A stretch of 64,000 bases of DNA from a virus: positions 32,001 through 96,000 of the IMG/VR virus record IMGVR_UViG_3300036845_000721, one strand, 5' to 3'. Positions 37,545 through 49,633 of the stretch are shown one piece after another; within the stretch, counting starts at the first letter, position 1; each line of letters starts with the position of its first letter. The position numbers and the translations under genes are program-made. The notes under the pieces were generated by a model that was given only the letters and a program-made list of their open reading frames with translations, was not told the DNA's origin and did no database searches.

Positions 37545-40500
37545 TTACCGGTCGGTCTCGGTTTCGCGGCGCACGATGATCCGCCCGGTGTAGCAGCGGT
37601 CGCCGTGCCGGACGTGGCGCAGGCCGGTGCCCAGCGAATCCGGATGCAGTTCCATGTGGTGCTCAACGCACAGGAAGGTCACCGTCTCGCCCGGGCCGGT
37701 CCTGCGGGCGCGCACGGCTGCCTGGCGGTCGATGAGCACGACGCCGCTGCCGTCCCGCCAGCCGCGCGGGCGGGCGTGCGGGCCGGCGTTCGGCCCGTGA
37801 TGGTGGGTGCTGCTGCCGAGCCGGTGATGTTCTCCGGCGTGCTCGCGGGACAGCTCGTTATCGGACCGGCCGAGCAGCCGGATACGCGGGTGCAGTAGCC
37901 GGACGTGCTCGCGGATGCCTGGCTGCTTCACCTGGATGACGATGTGCGGGTGCGGCGGGTCATTGTGGACGTAGACCAGCGTTGCCGAGTCGGCCGTCTG
38001 CTCGATGATCTTGTAGTCATCGGTGCTCATGAGCAGCCAGATAGCCCGCTCCAGATCGGTCATGGCTCAGCCCTCCTGCCCGTGCACCCAGTCCGGCAGA
38101 ATCCACACAGGCCGGTGATCGCCGGTCTTGCGCAGCTGACGGGCGTCGTCCTCGGTTACCGCGTCGTCCGGCAGCGCCTCCCACACCGGCTCGGTTTCGT
38201 GGCCGGCCGTGATGACGGTCGGGACGGCCAGGCCGGCGCCGTACACGTGGAGCGTCCTGCTGAGCACGTCGGCAGTGTCGTAGTCCAGCGAGACGACCAG
38301 GATGCCGTCCCGCACGTAGGCGTACACCTGCACGCCGGCGATCTCGATGCACGGCGGCGCGTACGTCCCGTTGTTGTCCGCCGCGCTCACGGCCGGGTGG
38401 AAGACCGCGCCGGCGTTGACGAGACGGTCGCTGACGCCCAGGGCGTCCTTGGAAAACTCATTCACGGGTTATCTCTCCTGTTCTGCGGCCCGCGCGCAGC
38501 CGGGGCAGATGACCCGGCGGCCGTGGCCGTCATAGCTCTCGCGGATCTCGGTACCGTCCAGCGGCAGGCCGCACAGCAGCACCGACGCGAAGTCATGGGC
38601 GTAGTGGATGAAGTCACCGAACCTGGTCCGCAGCAGGCAGCCGCGCCAGGCCGGGACCGGCGGCGCGGGCGATTCGGTGACGGCGTGGCCGCGCGAGCGG
38701 CCGGTGTCGAAGTGGGTCTGCCGGGCCTCGCAGCGGCGCTCGCGCGCCCGGTCCCGGGCCGGCCGCATCCGCCGGACTTTGTCTTGCGGTCGCATGGTCA
38801 CAGGTTCCTGAATCCGACGAACCAGCCGTTGCCGGAGTCGTCGGTGCCGTGCGTGTCCTCGCGGTCGCAGTAGGCCACGGCATCGTCTCGCGTGACGTAG
38901 CCGAGATGCGCGTTCGCGTCCGCGAGACGTTCACGGAACAGCACCAGCTCCACGCTGGTCTCGTCCGTGTCACATGCGTCCACGAGATCGGGCAGCTCGG
39001 GCAGCGCGCGGATCAGCCGCAGTTCCCCGGTCGGCACCTCCGTGATCGCTTCCTTCTCGCCCCGTTCGATAGCGCCGGACACGTGGTACCTCAGCGCTGC
39101 ATGCGGATCGCTGAATGAGGGCATGGTCATGTCTCCTGATCTTCAGTAGGTGTCGCGCATCAGCCGGGCCAGCTTGTCGCCGGCGGTGATCAGCCGGGCC
39201 GCCGTCAGTAGCGGCTTGCCTGGCGTGTCGCGGTGCGCGGCTTCGGCGGCGTCTTCCCATTCCGCGAGCGCGGTCTCCCGCGCGGCAGCGGCGGCGGCAC
39301 GCTCGTTTTCCTCCAGCCGGGCGCACAGCACCATGTGCCGCACGTGCCCCCGGCCCTGGAACCACTTGACGATGATGTGCTGGCAGTGGCAGCCCATGTT
39401 CCGCTCGAACTGGATGTCGCTGCGCAGCGAGCCGCGCCGCCGCCACCGGCACACCGCGACCGGGCCGACGCCGCGTCGCCACGACGATCCGCCCAGCCAG
39501 TTGCCGTTGTCCCAGTCCGGTCCTTTGACGCCGGCCGCGTTGTGCCAGAACAGCCCGTTCCAGCCCAGCACCCAGCCGAACCGGAACCGGCTGGACCACG
39601 GGGTCAGGTGGAACGACGTGCCGCGCAGGTACCTGATGTGCGGCCGGCGCGGCGGGTCGGCTTCCGCCGGCCTGCCGATGCCGATAGCGCCTGGCAGCCA
39701 GTGGCTCATGATGCGTCCCTCCGGTCCGCGTGGCAGCCGGTCTGGCCGCAGCCCGCGCAGTAGCCGTCCTCGCCGATCTCGGTCAGGTCGTCGGTGTCCA
39801 CGACGTGCTCGCGGTCGTCGCCGACCATCACCGCGCGGACGTAGCCGGAGCGCGGGACCAGCTCCGGCTCGCTGTAGAGGTAGCAGTCCGGGTCGTGGCA
39901 CTCCGGGTCGTTCTCGTCGCAGATGTCGTAGACGTGCGCCGGGTTGCCGCAGGCCAGCTCCCACGACTCCTGGGTCCACTCCATGTCCCAGCCGTGCAGC
40001 CAGAACGCCACGCCGCGCATCCCGGCCACGGTGTACCGCGCCTCGAAGTCGATGCCGTTCTCGGTCCCGGTCACAGCCGGGCCGCTGTACCTGGTCATGA
40101 CGCCTCCATGTCGTTGGTTCCGGTCGGCTGGGTGATGATGACCTTGTCCAGCCGGCCCAGCTCGGCGCGCAGGTCCTGGATCGCCGCGCAGCGCGAGCAG
40201 GTCAGCATGTCCTGGAACGGGACGGCGTGACCGGGGCACATGCTGAACGTGCAGTCCATGGCCAGCAGGGTGTCGATGGCGAGCTGGAGCGCGTGCCGCG
40301 CGATGCCCGGGTGGTCTTCGTCCTTGCTGCGCGGCGGGAGCGCGTCCAGCTCACGGCGGCGAAGGCGGATGTGTTCCATGACATCGGCCAGCTCACGGCG
40401 GGCGTCGGCGGGAACGGCGTCCAGCTCGCGCCGGGCGCTGGATATCTCACTGCGCAGCCCGTCCAGCTCACGCCGGGCGGCGGCGGCCCGCGCGCTCCGG

Positions 40501-43500
40501 GACGGGGCCGCGCTCGCGGCCGGTGCCCAGTGCGGCCCGTCCGGCGTGTCGGTGACGGTGCCCAGGAACGTGCCCGGGTGATGGCCGGAGCTGCCCCCGG
40601 TCATCCAGACCGCGACCCGGTCCCGGCCCTTGTCATCCTCGCCGATGCACACTCTCACGCCGGCGTGCCAGCCGCGCGTGTGCGCCTCGCAGCCGGCCTT
40701 CATCCCGGCCCCGTAGTTCTTGCCGCGCCGGTTGTCGTAGTCGTGATAGAACCTCATGATCGTTCTCCTGATCCTTGGTCGGTCAGTATGATTTTCCGGT
40801 CAGCCGGAATGTTCAGGCGTCCGCGGTCTCCCACAGGTACGCGTCGTACTCGCCGCCCAGGAACTCGCGCAGCTTCCTGGTCTGCTCGCACACGGCGCGG
40901 TACAGGCTTACGGAATCCCCGGTGTCTGTGCCGTACTCGCGTGCCCAGTCCGCGTAGTCGCGGGAGTTGTCCAGGCTGGCCGCGTCGGCGGTCGTGCACG
41001 CCAGCACGTCATAGGCGTCCGGGATGCGCCCGTTGTGACCCGGTCCCATGTAGAACGGCAGCTTGAGGTCGCGCTTGCCGGGCCGGGACAGCGTGAGGTC
41101 CCACCAGTCCCCGTCACGCCGGTCGCTGCCGGCGATGACGGCCGGCGGCCGGTTCCGGCGCTTGGCGGCGGTGACGCCGATGTGGTCCGCGCGGATGCGC
41201 TCGGTGAGCGTTGTCATGGCGTGCCTCCTCAGTGCCGGTGCGTGACGGTGATCGTTGCGGTGCCCTCACCAGGGAAGTCCGGTGAGCCGGGGTCGGCGTC
41301 GCGGGCGTCGCAGCGCTCGCCGATCACCCGCGCGTCCGGTAGCTCCAGCTCGTACTCGCCGCCCATGTCGTAGCGCGGCACGTCCGGCGCTGACGGCGCG
41401 CCGTTCAGCAGGTCTCGTTCGCGCTGGCGGACGTTGATGACGGGATGCTCGCGCCATTCGCCGGCGTCGTAGACGGTGACCGTCATGCCGTTGGACAGCT
41501 CCACGGTCACCGACGGCAGTTCGACGGTGCGCAGTTGCAGTTTCATGATCGTTCTCCTGATCCTGTTCGGTCAGTATGGTTGGGCGGGTGCCGGCGCGCG
41601 GGCCTGGATGCGGTCCGCGCGCCGGCGTAGTCGGGGCTACCAGCCGTTGCCGGCGATGACCAGCTTGGCCTGGACGACTGGGTCCTGGTACGCCTCCACC
41701 GCCGGCCGGTGCACGACCGGCGGCTGCGGCGCAGGGTCCGGACCGTCCAGGACTATGGTGCTCGCGTTCATCTGTCTCCTGATCTGGTGATGCGGTGCCG
41801 GCGGCCGGTCAGCCGCCGGAGGTCACTGTGTGCGTGTAGGTCCGGGTGCCGGCCTTCGACACGGCCCATTTGCGGACGTCCTGCCACCAGCGCGGGTAGC
41901 TGCGCTCGTCCCGGTAGACGTTCTCGGTGTAGTGCGCGCCGGTCTTGCTGCGGCTGGTGATGCGCTCCCACTTCTGGTAGTCGTGGCCGCAGGCGTACTT
42001 GTGCACCCAGGTCTGCCGGACCGTGCCGGCTGACGACACCGAGTAGCTGTAGCTGTTCGTCGTCGTGCACGCGGTCGTGCGCGCGGCGGTCAGCACGGCC
42101 GCTGTAACGTGCGACGGGGCCGGCTGCGAGTGCGCGGGCGGCCCCGACGGCTGCCCGGACAGCAGCGCCATCGTCAGCATGCCGGCCGCTGCGGCGACCG
42201 CCAGCACGGCCAGCGCGAGCAGGACGGCGCGGCGCGGGAACGGTGCTGGCCTGGCGCGGCGGCCGGTGTTGCGGAGCGCGATCGCGTACGAGGGCGATCC
42301 GGTGTGACGGTTTGCGGACATGAATCCTGTCTCCTGATCTGTTGTTGATCTTCCGGTCGGTCGGAAAGTCTCGGGTCAGGCCGGCGTGAGCGCCGTCCAG
42401 GCGGTGAGCTGCATGTTCTCGCGCATCTCGTAGTACCTCGGCTTGCGCGGGTCCGGGTCCTCGTCCCACAGCCGGCGCAGGACTGCGCGCTGCGCGTCGG
42501 TCAGCGTCAGGTCACCGCGCTTGAACACTGACCGGCCGTTGCTGTCCTGCCAGTTCGCGTACGCGTCCCGCACCGGGAGCATCATCCCGCGCCGCTGCGC
42601 GTTGTAATCGGCCCACGCGGCGGCGAAGGCGCCGGCGAACGCGGTCTCGCCGTCGGTCGCGCCGGCCGGCGTGGCGGCGGGCGTGCCGGTGCTGTCCTGG
42701 CTGGCCCAGGCGTAGCCCAGCGCGAGCCACCTGGCCTCATCGGGTGCCATGGCTCAGACCTCCGCCCCGGTCAGCGCGGCCAGCTCGGACAGCGCCGCGT
42801 CCACGGTGATGCCGTGCATGATGGCGCGGGTGAGGATGTCGTACACCTCGTCGGACTCCCAGGCCCGCCCGTAGATCAGCGTGAACGAGTCCGAGATGAG
42901 GTTGACCTGGCCGCGGATGTACTCGGCGTTGGGCTCGCCCGGCTCGGTCAGGTCCCGCGCCGCTTCCAGCACGCGGCGCAGGCTCGCCTGCTCGTGCTCG
43001 CCGTACGGTTTCCGGGCGCGCACCGCTGCGGTCAGCAACGCCAGGGCGTCATGCTCGTGGGCGCGCCCTGCCAGGGCCTCGTCAGCCAGGTGGAGCGCGA
43101 TAGCCAGCGGGATGACGGGAGTCGCGGGCGGCTGGTTAACGGTCACTGGCCTAGACCTCCGCCCCGGTCAGCGCGGCCAGCACGTTGCGGCGGCGCAGGA
43201 TCTCCGGGTCGGTCCCGGCCGGCAGCTCGTCCGTGAGGCCGGCGGTCCGGTAGGCCTTGATCGCCGCCTCCGCCAGCTCCGCGTCCGGTCCGGTCATCGC
43301 CCCGAAGTAGAGCCGGCGGTGCGACTCGTCCGGGATGTAGGTGCCGTCGCCGGGCTCCCCCGCCCACAGCTGGACGATGTCGTTGTAGCCGTGGTAGTCG
43401 CCGGCGGCCATGGACAGGTGCTCGTACATCGCGGCCACGCCCTGCCGGAACTCGGCCAGCTTCGGATCGGAGGCGGCCAGGTACCGGTTCGCCGCCGCGC

Positions 43501-43519
43501 GGATCTCGCTGACTCGCAT
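37545..43519 (-). other. run of short hypothetical genes: 37545-38063, 38067-38465, 38469-38801, 38798-39130, 39143-39709, 39706-40098, 40095-40757, 40813-41217, 41229-41546, 41809-42321, 42376-42750, 42754-43146, 43151-~43519
   Basis: Contiguous ORFs, most with headers; 41809-42321 has a signal-anchor helix. Confidence 0.65.
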
Positions 43520-43585
43520 GGTTTTTCTCATGATCATTTTCTCCTGATCTTCGGTGCGGAGTGCAGGATTGCACTCGGATGTGAA

Positions 43586-43726
43586 CCGGCAGCCGGCCGG
43601 GGAAACCGCACGCACCCGGTCACCCGGGTCCGTTCCATACCCGCCAGCGGCGGGAGCGGCTGCCTTACGCGGGCCTGCGGACGGAACCTGACCGTGCCGC
43701 TCACCCCTGTCCCGGCCGGCTGCCGG
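43586..43726 (-). ncRNA. candidate structured non-coding RNA
   Basis: Perfect 16-bp terminal inverted repeat (43586-43601 / 43711-43726) enclosing three further stems, one with a GUGA (GNRA) tetraloop on the - strand; intergenic. Confidence 0.55.
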
Positions 43727-43732
43727 AGTCTG

Positions 43733-46700
43733 TTACTCGGTCGTCAGCCGGTAGCCGTCCGGCTGGATGGCAGCGAGCCGCCGCCACTCGGCTTCGCCGT
43801 GGACCAGGAAAGCGTCGGTCAGCTCTCCGTCGGTGTCGCGGACGTAAGCCATGGCCGGGTAAGTAGTCGGCACATCGCTCTCGTTGCTGTCGTCGGTGTC
43901 CGGGCGGTCGCAGCTCCAGAAACCCAGCTCCCCGCCGGCGTCCCACGACGATTCACAGCCGGCCAGCTCGCAGTCGGCGCAGACCAGGTCGGTGCCGTCC
44001 GCGCTGATCACCGTCTCCCCGCAGCACGGGCAGTCGTAGTAGCCCGGCTCGCGGAATGGCACCCGGCGGAACACGATCGCCCAGCCGGCCGCTTCCTCGG
44101 AGTCGTCCAGCGTCTCCACCGTGACCGCCGCGTACAGGCCGGGCCGGCGGACGATGTCCTCGGCGAGATGCCCGCCGATGTACTCCGACGCGTGCATGAT
44201 CGCCGGCGCGAAGTTGCCCTGCTGCCCGCTGTAGCCGTCGGTGAACGTTCCCCAGCCCGCGGCCTCGATGCCCGCGACCCACGCGTCATAGTCGGCCTGG
44301 AGGATCTGCCCGTCCGCGTCGGTGCCGATCACCGACTCCGGCGCGTGCACATCCGCCGGCCCGTCGCTCACGCGGCCTCTGGCGTCCACTGAGATCACGT
44401 GATCGAAATCCATCTCGGCGCTGAGCCAGTCAGCGTGACCGATTCCCATGGTCGTTTTTCCCTTCTCGATATTCCGGTTAACCGGAAAGTTCAGGCCAGG
44501 ATGCTGACGCAGTCCAGGCAGGTGATGGCGCGGCGGTGCAGCGCGGCGCGCCCGCCCTCGTCGCTGGATACGCCCGTCGCCCGGCCGCAGACCGGCGGCT
44601 CGCGCCACAGCGGCCGGTCGTCGTGCAGGGTGTCCAGGTCGATGGCGTGCACGGTGCCGTCGTCGTGCTCCACGCCGACGTAGCCGCGCGGCGTGAGCAT
44701 GACGGCTGCGAGCCGGCTCATCCGCTCGCCCTCGGCGTGCAGGTACGCGGCCAGCTCCAGGATGCCGGCGTGGTCGGCCGGCGTGATCCGGGGATCGGCG
44801 GCGCACGCGGCGCACGTCTCTACGGGGTCGGTGTGGAATCCGGGTTCGGGCCTGCTCATGACACGCCTGCCGCGTACAGGCCGGCGCCGTCGGCTTCCAT
44901 GCGCGCGATGTCAGCCTCGTCCGTGCTGGCCGGCTCCGGCTGGAACCAGAACACGACCGCGTCCCGCGACCCGCCGAGGTTGCTTCCGCAGACGTCGCAC
45001 GCGGACCAGGTGAACGTCAGCTGCTCGCACTCGCAGTCGCCGCCACGGTCGGACTCGGTCTCCAGCTCGTGGCCGCGCGCCACGGTCAGCCGGGCGCCGG
45101 CCGGGATCTCCCAGTGCGCCGCCTCCATCGCGTCGGCGTAGCTGCCCGCGAGCACTTCCACCGTGCCCCGGACCATCGACCCGCGCACGCGGTGCGGGAC
45201 CAGGTAGGTCACGGTCCAGTTGGACCGGCAGTCGTGGCCCTCGCGGAACATGCCCAGCGTGACCTCGCAGCCCTCGGTGTAGTGCGCGATCCGCGCCTGC
45301 CACTCGGTTATCTCGGCTGGCGTCCAGTCCGCCGGCGCGTCGCCGTTGGCCAGCAGGAACAGGCAGTCGGTGCAGCACCAGCCGCTGAACGTCTGGTCTC
45401 GGTTCATGGTCATGATCGTTTGTCTCCTGATCGTGGTCGTCAGTGTTCCGGAGTGCAGGATTGCACTCAGCCGGGGTAGGGGTCGCGGAGAACAGCCTGG
45501 ATGTGCGGCGGGAGCAGCCCGATGACGATGTTGGCGGCGTCGGTTCCGGTCAGCCCGGACTCGCCCTCAAGCAGCAGATCCAGTGATGCGCTGTAGCCGG
45601 CGTTGCGCAGCCGCGTTTCGAGAGTGACCGGCTGCCAGTCACCTTGCAGCGTCTCGCCGTCCGGGTTTTCCGCGTACTCGAACCGGGTCAGGTCCACCGC
45701 GTACAGCATGTTGTCGTACTCGGGGCACTCCAGCGCGACGTTCGCGTCCGCGACGTGCTGCTCCGTCAGCTCGCCGAACCATGCCCACAGCTCGCCGTCA
45801 TCGTTGTTGGCCGCCTGCCAGACGTGCTCGGCGCGGGCGAACCAGCGCAGCGGCGGCACCATCGCGTTGGACGTCACCCACGCGATCGGGTCATCGCCCG
45901 ACGTGCGCGCGGCCACGATGATCTGGTCGGCCACGTCCTGCGCGAGACGCCGGACCGTGCCGCGCCCCACGGTGACGGGCAGCTCGATCGCGTCGCCGTA
46001 ACGACCGCCGGGAACGCCTATCGCGCCGTTCCGCGTGGTCGTGTATGCCTCGGTCATGATCGTTCTCCTATTCCGCCTAGCCGCGCGGGTCGCGGTCTAG
46101 CTGGCTGATAATCTCGCGCTCGTCTCGCTCGGCACACTGCCGGCGGGAGATACCCGGATCGCACGTGCACGGCTGGTCCGCGCTGTCCGGCCGGTAGCTG
46201 GGGGTTTGCATGATCGATCCTCCGATCGGTCGGAATGTCAGTGAACGTAGGCACCGCGATCGGTGCAGGTGAACGTGTCGCCGTCGGGCAGCGTCACCGA
46301 ATCGCCCGGCTGCAATGCCGCGTGCCAGGTGCCGGTGATCACGGTGCCGGTATAGACCGGCTGGCTCGCCTGGCAGGTGACCGCCGGCGCGTAGTGGTGC
46401 GTCAGCCGCAGCGCCGCCACTTCGGCCTGGACCAGCAGCGCGAACGCCAGCAGAATCCAGCCGGTTCGCTCCCGCCAGCCCATCAGGCCGCTTCCTTGCG
46501 CCACGCCGCGCGCTCGGCCGCGGACGGGGAGTCCGGCCTGCCAGGCCGGTGTGGTGGCCTGGTCAGGTCGATCTTGGGCTGGTGATCGAACATCGCCTCG
46601 AACAGCGCTTGCGCGGCCAGCGCGCCGGCTGTCGGGGTGTCTTGCTCGCGGGTGGTCATGATCGTGTCTCCTGATCGTGATGCGGAGTGCAGGACTGCAC

Positions 46701-49515
46701 TCGGGTTACGGGCAGGCCCGGTCCATGCCGGGCAGGTGCGACTGCCAGTGCCCGTGGATGTGGCGGACGTAGGTCTCGCACACCGTCATCTGGCGCGGCA
46801 GGCCGTGGATGAACGACTGCACCAGCGCCACGGTGCCGGCGCGGTCCAGCCCGATGCGGAACTGGTAGTAGCTGACCAGCGCGGCGCGGAGGTTCCGCTG
46901 GTGCGCGAACATGCACAGCAGGTGATTGATGAGATGGGCCATGGTCATTTCTCCGATCGGTCGGAAATCAGGTCCCGTATCCACGGGAACTGCCGGATGA
47001 ACTCGCGCCATTCGGGGGACTTATCCCGCCAGGCCGGCCAGCATGACGCGCAGATGTTGCCGCTGGCTGCCTCGTAGACGTGGCCGCATAGCCGGCACGC
47101 ACGCTTGGATTTCACTGGGTCACCCCCGTCTGGGATAGGTCCTGCGCGGCCCGCAGCGCCACGGAGAGGCGCGAACACGGGCCAGCGGGTGTTACCAGGT
47201 AGGCCGGCTCTCGGCGCGCCGTACGGCCAGCTCTGCGCGGATCGCGCGGACGGCCGGCGGTGACGCGAGCCGCAAGTCCAGCCCGCGGAGTACGTCGGTG
47301 CGGACATCGTCCAGCCGGATCGCCGTCCACACGGGCCGCGATTCCTGGCGCATGGTTGCGTACATGGTTGCTGTCTCCTGATCGTGTTAGTTCCGTCAGT
47401 GTCGTGTTTCTGGGCGATTGCCGCAGCGCGCCGCCGGAGTGCAGAACTGCACTCGGCCGCGCGCCACGGGTGACGTCCAGCTTCAGCTGACGGCCGCCAG
47501 CTCGCCAAGGGCACCGTCGCGCGAGGCACGCTGGCGGCGCGGGCGCTTGACGGCCGCCTTGATCTGCGCGTCCATCTCGGCCCTGATCTTGGCGACCTTG
47601 GCCTCGGCCGCGGTCACCTCGCCCTGGAGGCGCAGCAGGTTGGCCTCGGCCTTGGCCAGCTGCGTCGGCAGGTCATCCTCGCCGGCGCCGTCCGCGTCGT
47701 CCGCGCCGTCGCCGTCGCCCTCGCCGTCGCCCTCGCCGGCCGGCTTGCGGGACTGCACGATCGCACGCGCGGCGGCCGTGGTCATCGCTTCCTGCACCAG
47801 CTCGAACCGGTCATCCTCACGGCCGAGGATCTGGTGCACCGTCCAGGATGCGACGCCGCGCTGGTCTGCCGGGTACTGCTCGGCGACCTTGCGGAAGTCG
47901 TACAGGGACTTGCCGGGGACGTCCAGGTCAGCGGCGAACCGCTCGATCGTGCTGGCACCGTAGGTCGTGGCGACCTTGAGCGCCAGGTCACCGAGGACCC
48001 AGTTGAACTTGTACTGCGACGCGATGGCGGCGCGGCCCTGCCGGACGGCGGTGTTGTACCGGGCCGGGCTGTCTTCCACGGCCACGACGGTCTTGACGGG
48101 GGTCTTACCGGACTTGCTTGCCATGATGTCTGTCTCCTGATCAGTTACCTGGCGGGTTGCCGAGTGCAGAACTGCACTCGGCGGTGCCGTCGTCTCGCGG
48201 CACTCACGGGCCGGCAATGTTCCGGTCGATCGGAGCATCGCCGGCCCGTCAGCGGGCGGGAACGTTACCGGCCGGCCGTCCAGTCGGTGTCGGTGTAGGC
48301 GCAGAAGTCGGACGGCACTGCGGCCCGGTCGGCTAGCCGTCGCAGGATGCGCGCGGCGTGGCGCGGCTCAGTCGCTGCGATGCGCGCGGCATAGGCACGC
48401 TGCGCGGTCTCGGTGTCCGGGCGCGGAGGGATGTGCAGCCGCGCGCAGTCCAGCGCGCCGGCGCCGCTGTGCGGCATGCCGTGGTCGGGGCTGTCGCAGC
48501 ACTGGCGGACGTAGGCGAACGGCCGCTCGGCCGGCTCAGCTTTGGGCTGGCGGTGCGTGTCACTCATGATCATGTCTCCCGATCTTGCGGCGGAGTGCAG
48601 AACTGCACTCCGGTCAGCTAGCGGTTAGGGTGTCTGCGGCGACGTCGAACAGCGTCCGGGTACCGGGCACGATAAGCGGACCGGTCGGTACGTCACCCGC
48701 GATCACCCGCGCGCCCGTGCGCTCATACAGGCAGCGTCCGCACATCTGCGTGCGCGTGCAGTTGCAGGTCATGACCGGCCACTCCGCTCGATGATCGCGG
48801 CCCATCCGGCCAGCGATCGGTCGCTGTCGCGGTCGGCCGCGATGCCGGCGGCGGGCAGGCTGGTCTCGCCTAGCACAGCACCGCATCGCGGGCAGGCGGA
48901 CAGTGCCAGGTCGGGGGACGTGAATCCGCATCCGTCGCAGATCACGATGGGTTTGCGGGTAGTGCGTGCCATGATCGTGCCTCTCAGTTGGAGTGCAGGA
49001 TTGCACTCGGGTCAGTTGTCGCCTAGCCATACCGGCTGGCGGCGGACGATTGCGACCGCGCCAAGCCCGTGCAGGACCGAACGATCGGCCATGGCCGGCC
49101 GCCGCAATCCCTCGGATTCGCCGGCCAGCCGTTGCCGTACCTCCATGCCGGCCACAGCGCGAACGCCGGTCGCTACCCGCGCGATGCGCGGTGCGGACAC
49201 GTGCGTGAGCGATTCGCTGGCATACTCGGCCGATTCGGCGCGCCGGCGGACACCTCCGCCACCCATCCGCGCGGTGCCCATTGTGTTGCCGCGCGCCGTG
49301 CGGGTAACCGCGCGGCCGTCACGGTCAGTTTGGGTGACCGTGCGGCGCGGTGCGCCGGCTACCCGCCGGCCGGCCGTCGGATCGGTCCGCGCGTTGCTGC
49401 CCGTGCGGCCGGCCGTGCCGTACGTGCCCGACCGCAGTGCCGGCGGAGGTGACTTAGGCGACAGTGCAGCGCGCGACACGGTGCCTAGCTTGGCTTGCTT
49501 GTGTCGTGATCCCAT
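43733..49515 (-). other. run of short hypothetical genes: 43733-44449, 44491-44859, 44856-45413, 45467-46057, 46945-47115, 47192-47365, 48265-48573, 48769-48972, 49012-49515 and others
   Basis: Most are preceded by a header and/or palindromic site. Confidence 0.6.
47483..48124 (-). CDS. probable DNA-binding protein (W.LGD-type helical/HTH domain plus coiled coil)
   Basis: FNWVLGDLAL...IERFAADLDV...SLYDFRKVA...SWTVHQIL; header and operator upstream. Confidence 0.55.
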   Translation of the reverse strand: MASKSGKTPVKTVVAVEDSPARYNTAVRQGRAAIASQYKFNWVLGDLALKVATTYGASTIERFAADLDVPGKSLYDFRKVAEQYPADQRGVASWTVHQILGREDDRFELVQEAMTTAAARAIVQSRKPAGEGDGEGDGDGADDADGAGEDDLPTQLAKAEANLLRLQGEVTAAEAKVAKIRAEMDAQIKAAVKRPRRQRASRDGALGELAAVS

Positions 49516-49633
49516 GGCGGGAATCTCCGATCGGTCGGAATGTCGGTGCCCCGTTAGGCACTCACTGACCAGCCCGCGCGGGGATGCTACGGGCTGGACA
49601 GTCAATGAACGGTGCGGGATCGGTGCGGGTAGC

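Larger units (their letters stand above)
3992..49540. promoter_or_regulatory. palindrome family A, TTCCGG-N4-CCGGAA (variant arms CTCCGA/TCGGAG), 15 copies found
   Basis: 3992, 11790, 15558, 25130, 28656, 32278, 34322, 37527, 40794, 42351, 44472, 46220, 46951, 48220, 49525; nearly all lie just upstream of a start codon. Confidence 0.85.

Noticed and set aside
43586-43726. SRP (4.5S) RNA, tRNA or hammerhead ribozyme identity for the structured element
   Set aside because: The CAGG...GCAGC spacing does not give the SRP helix-8 stem and GNRA loop; no cloverleaf or T-loop; no CUGANGA core. Kept only as an unclassified candidate
49012-49630. Large structured ncRNA (hairpin CACGGTCA/TGACCGTG at ~49320-49342 and others)
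   Set aside because: An ORF at 49012-49515 (-) has an RBS and GC3-rich codons, so the hairpins are probably incidental to coding sequence
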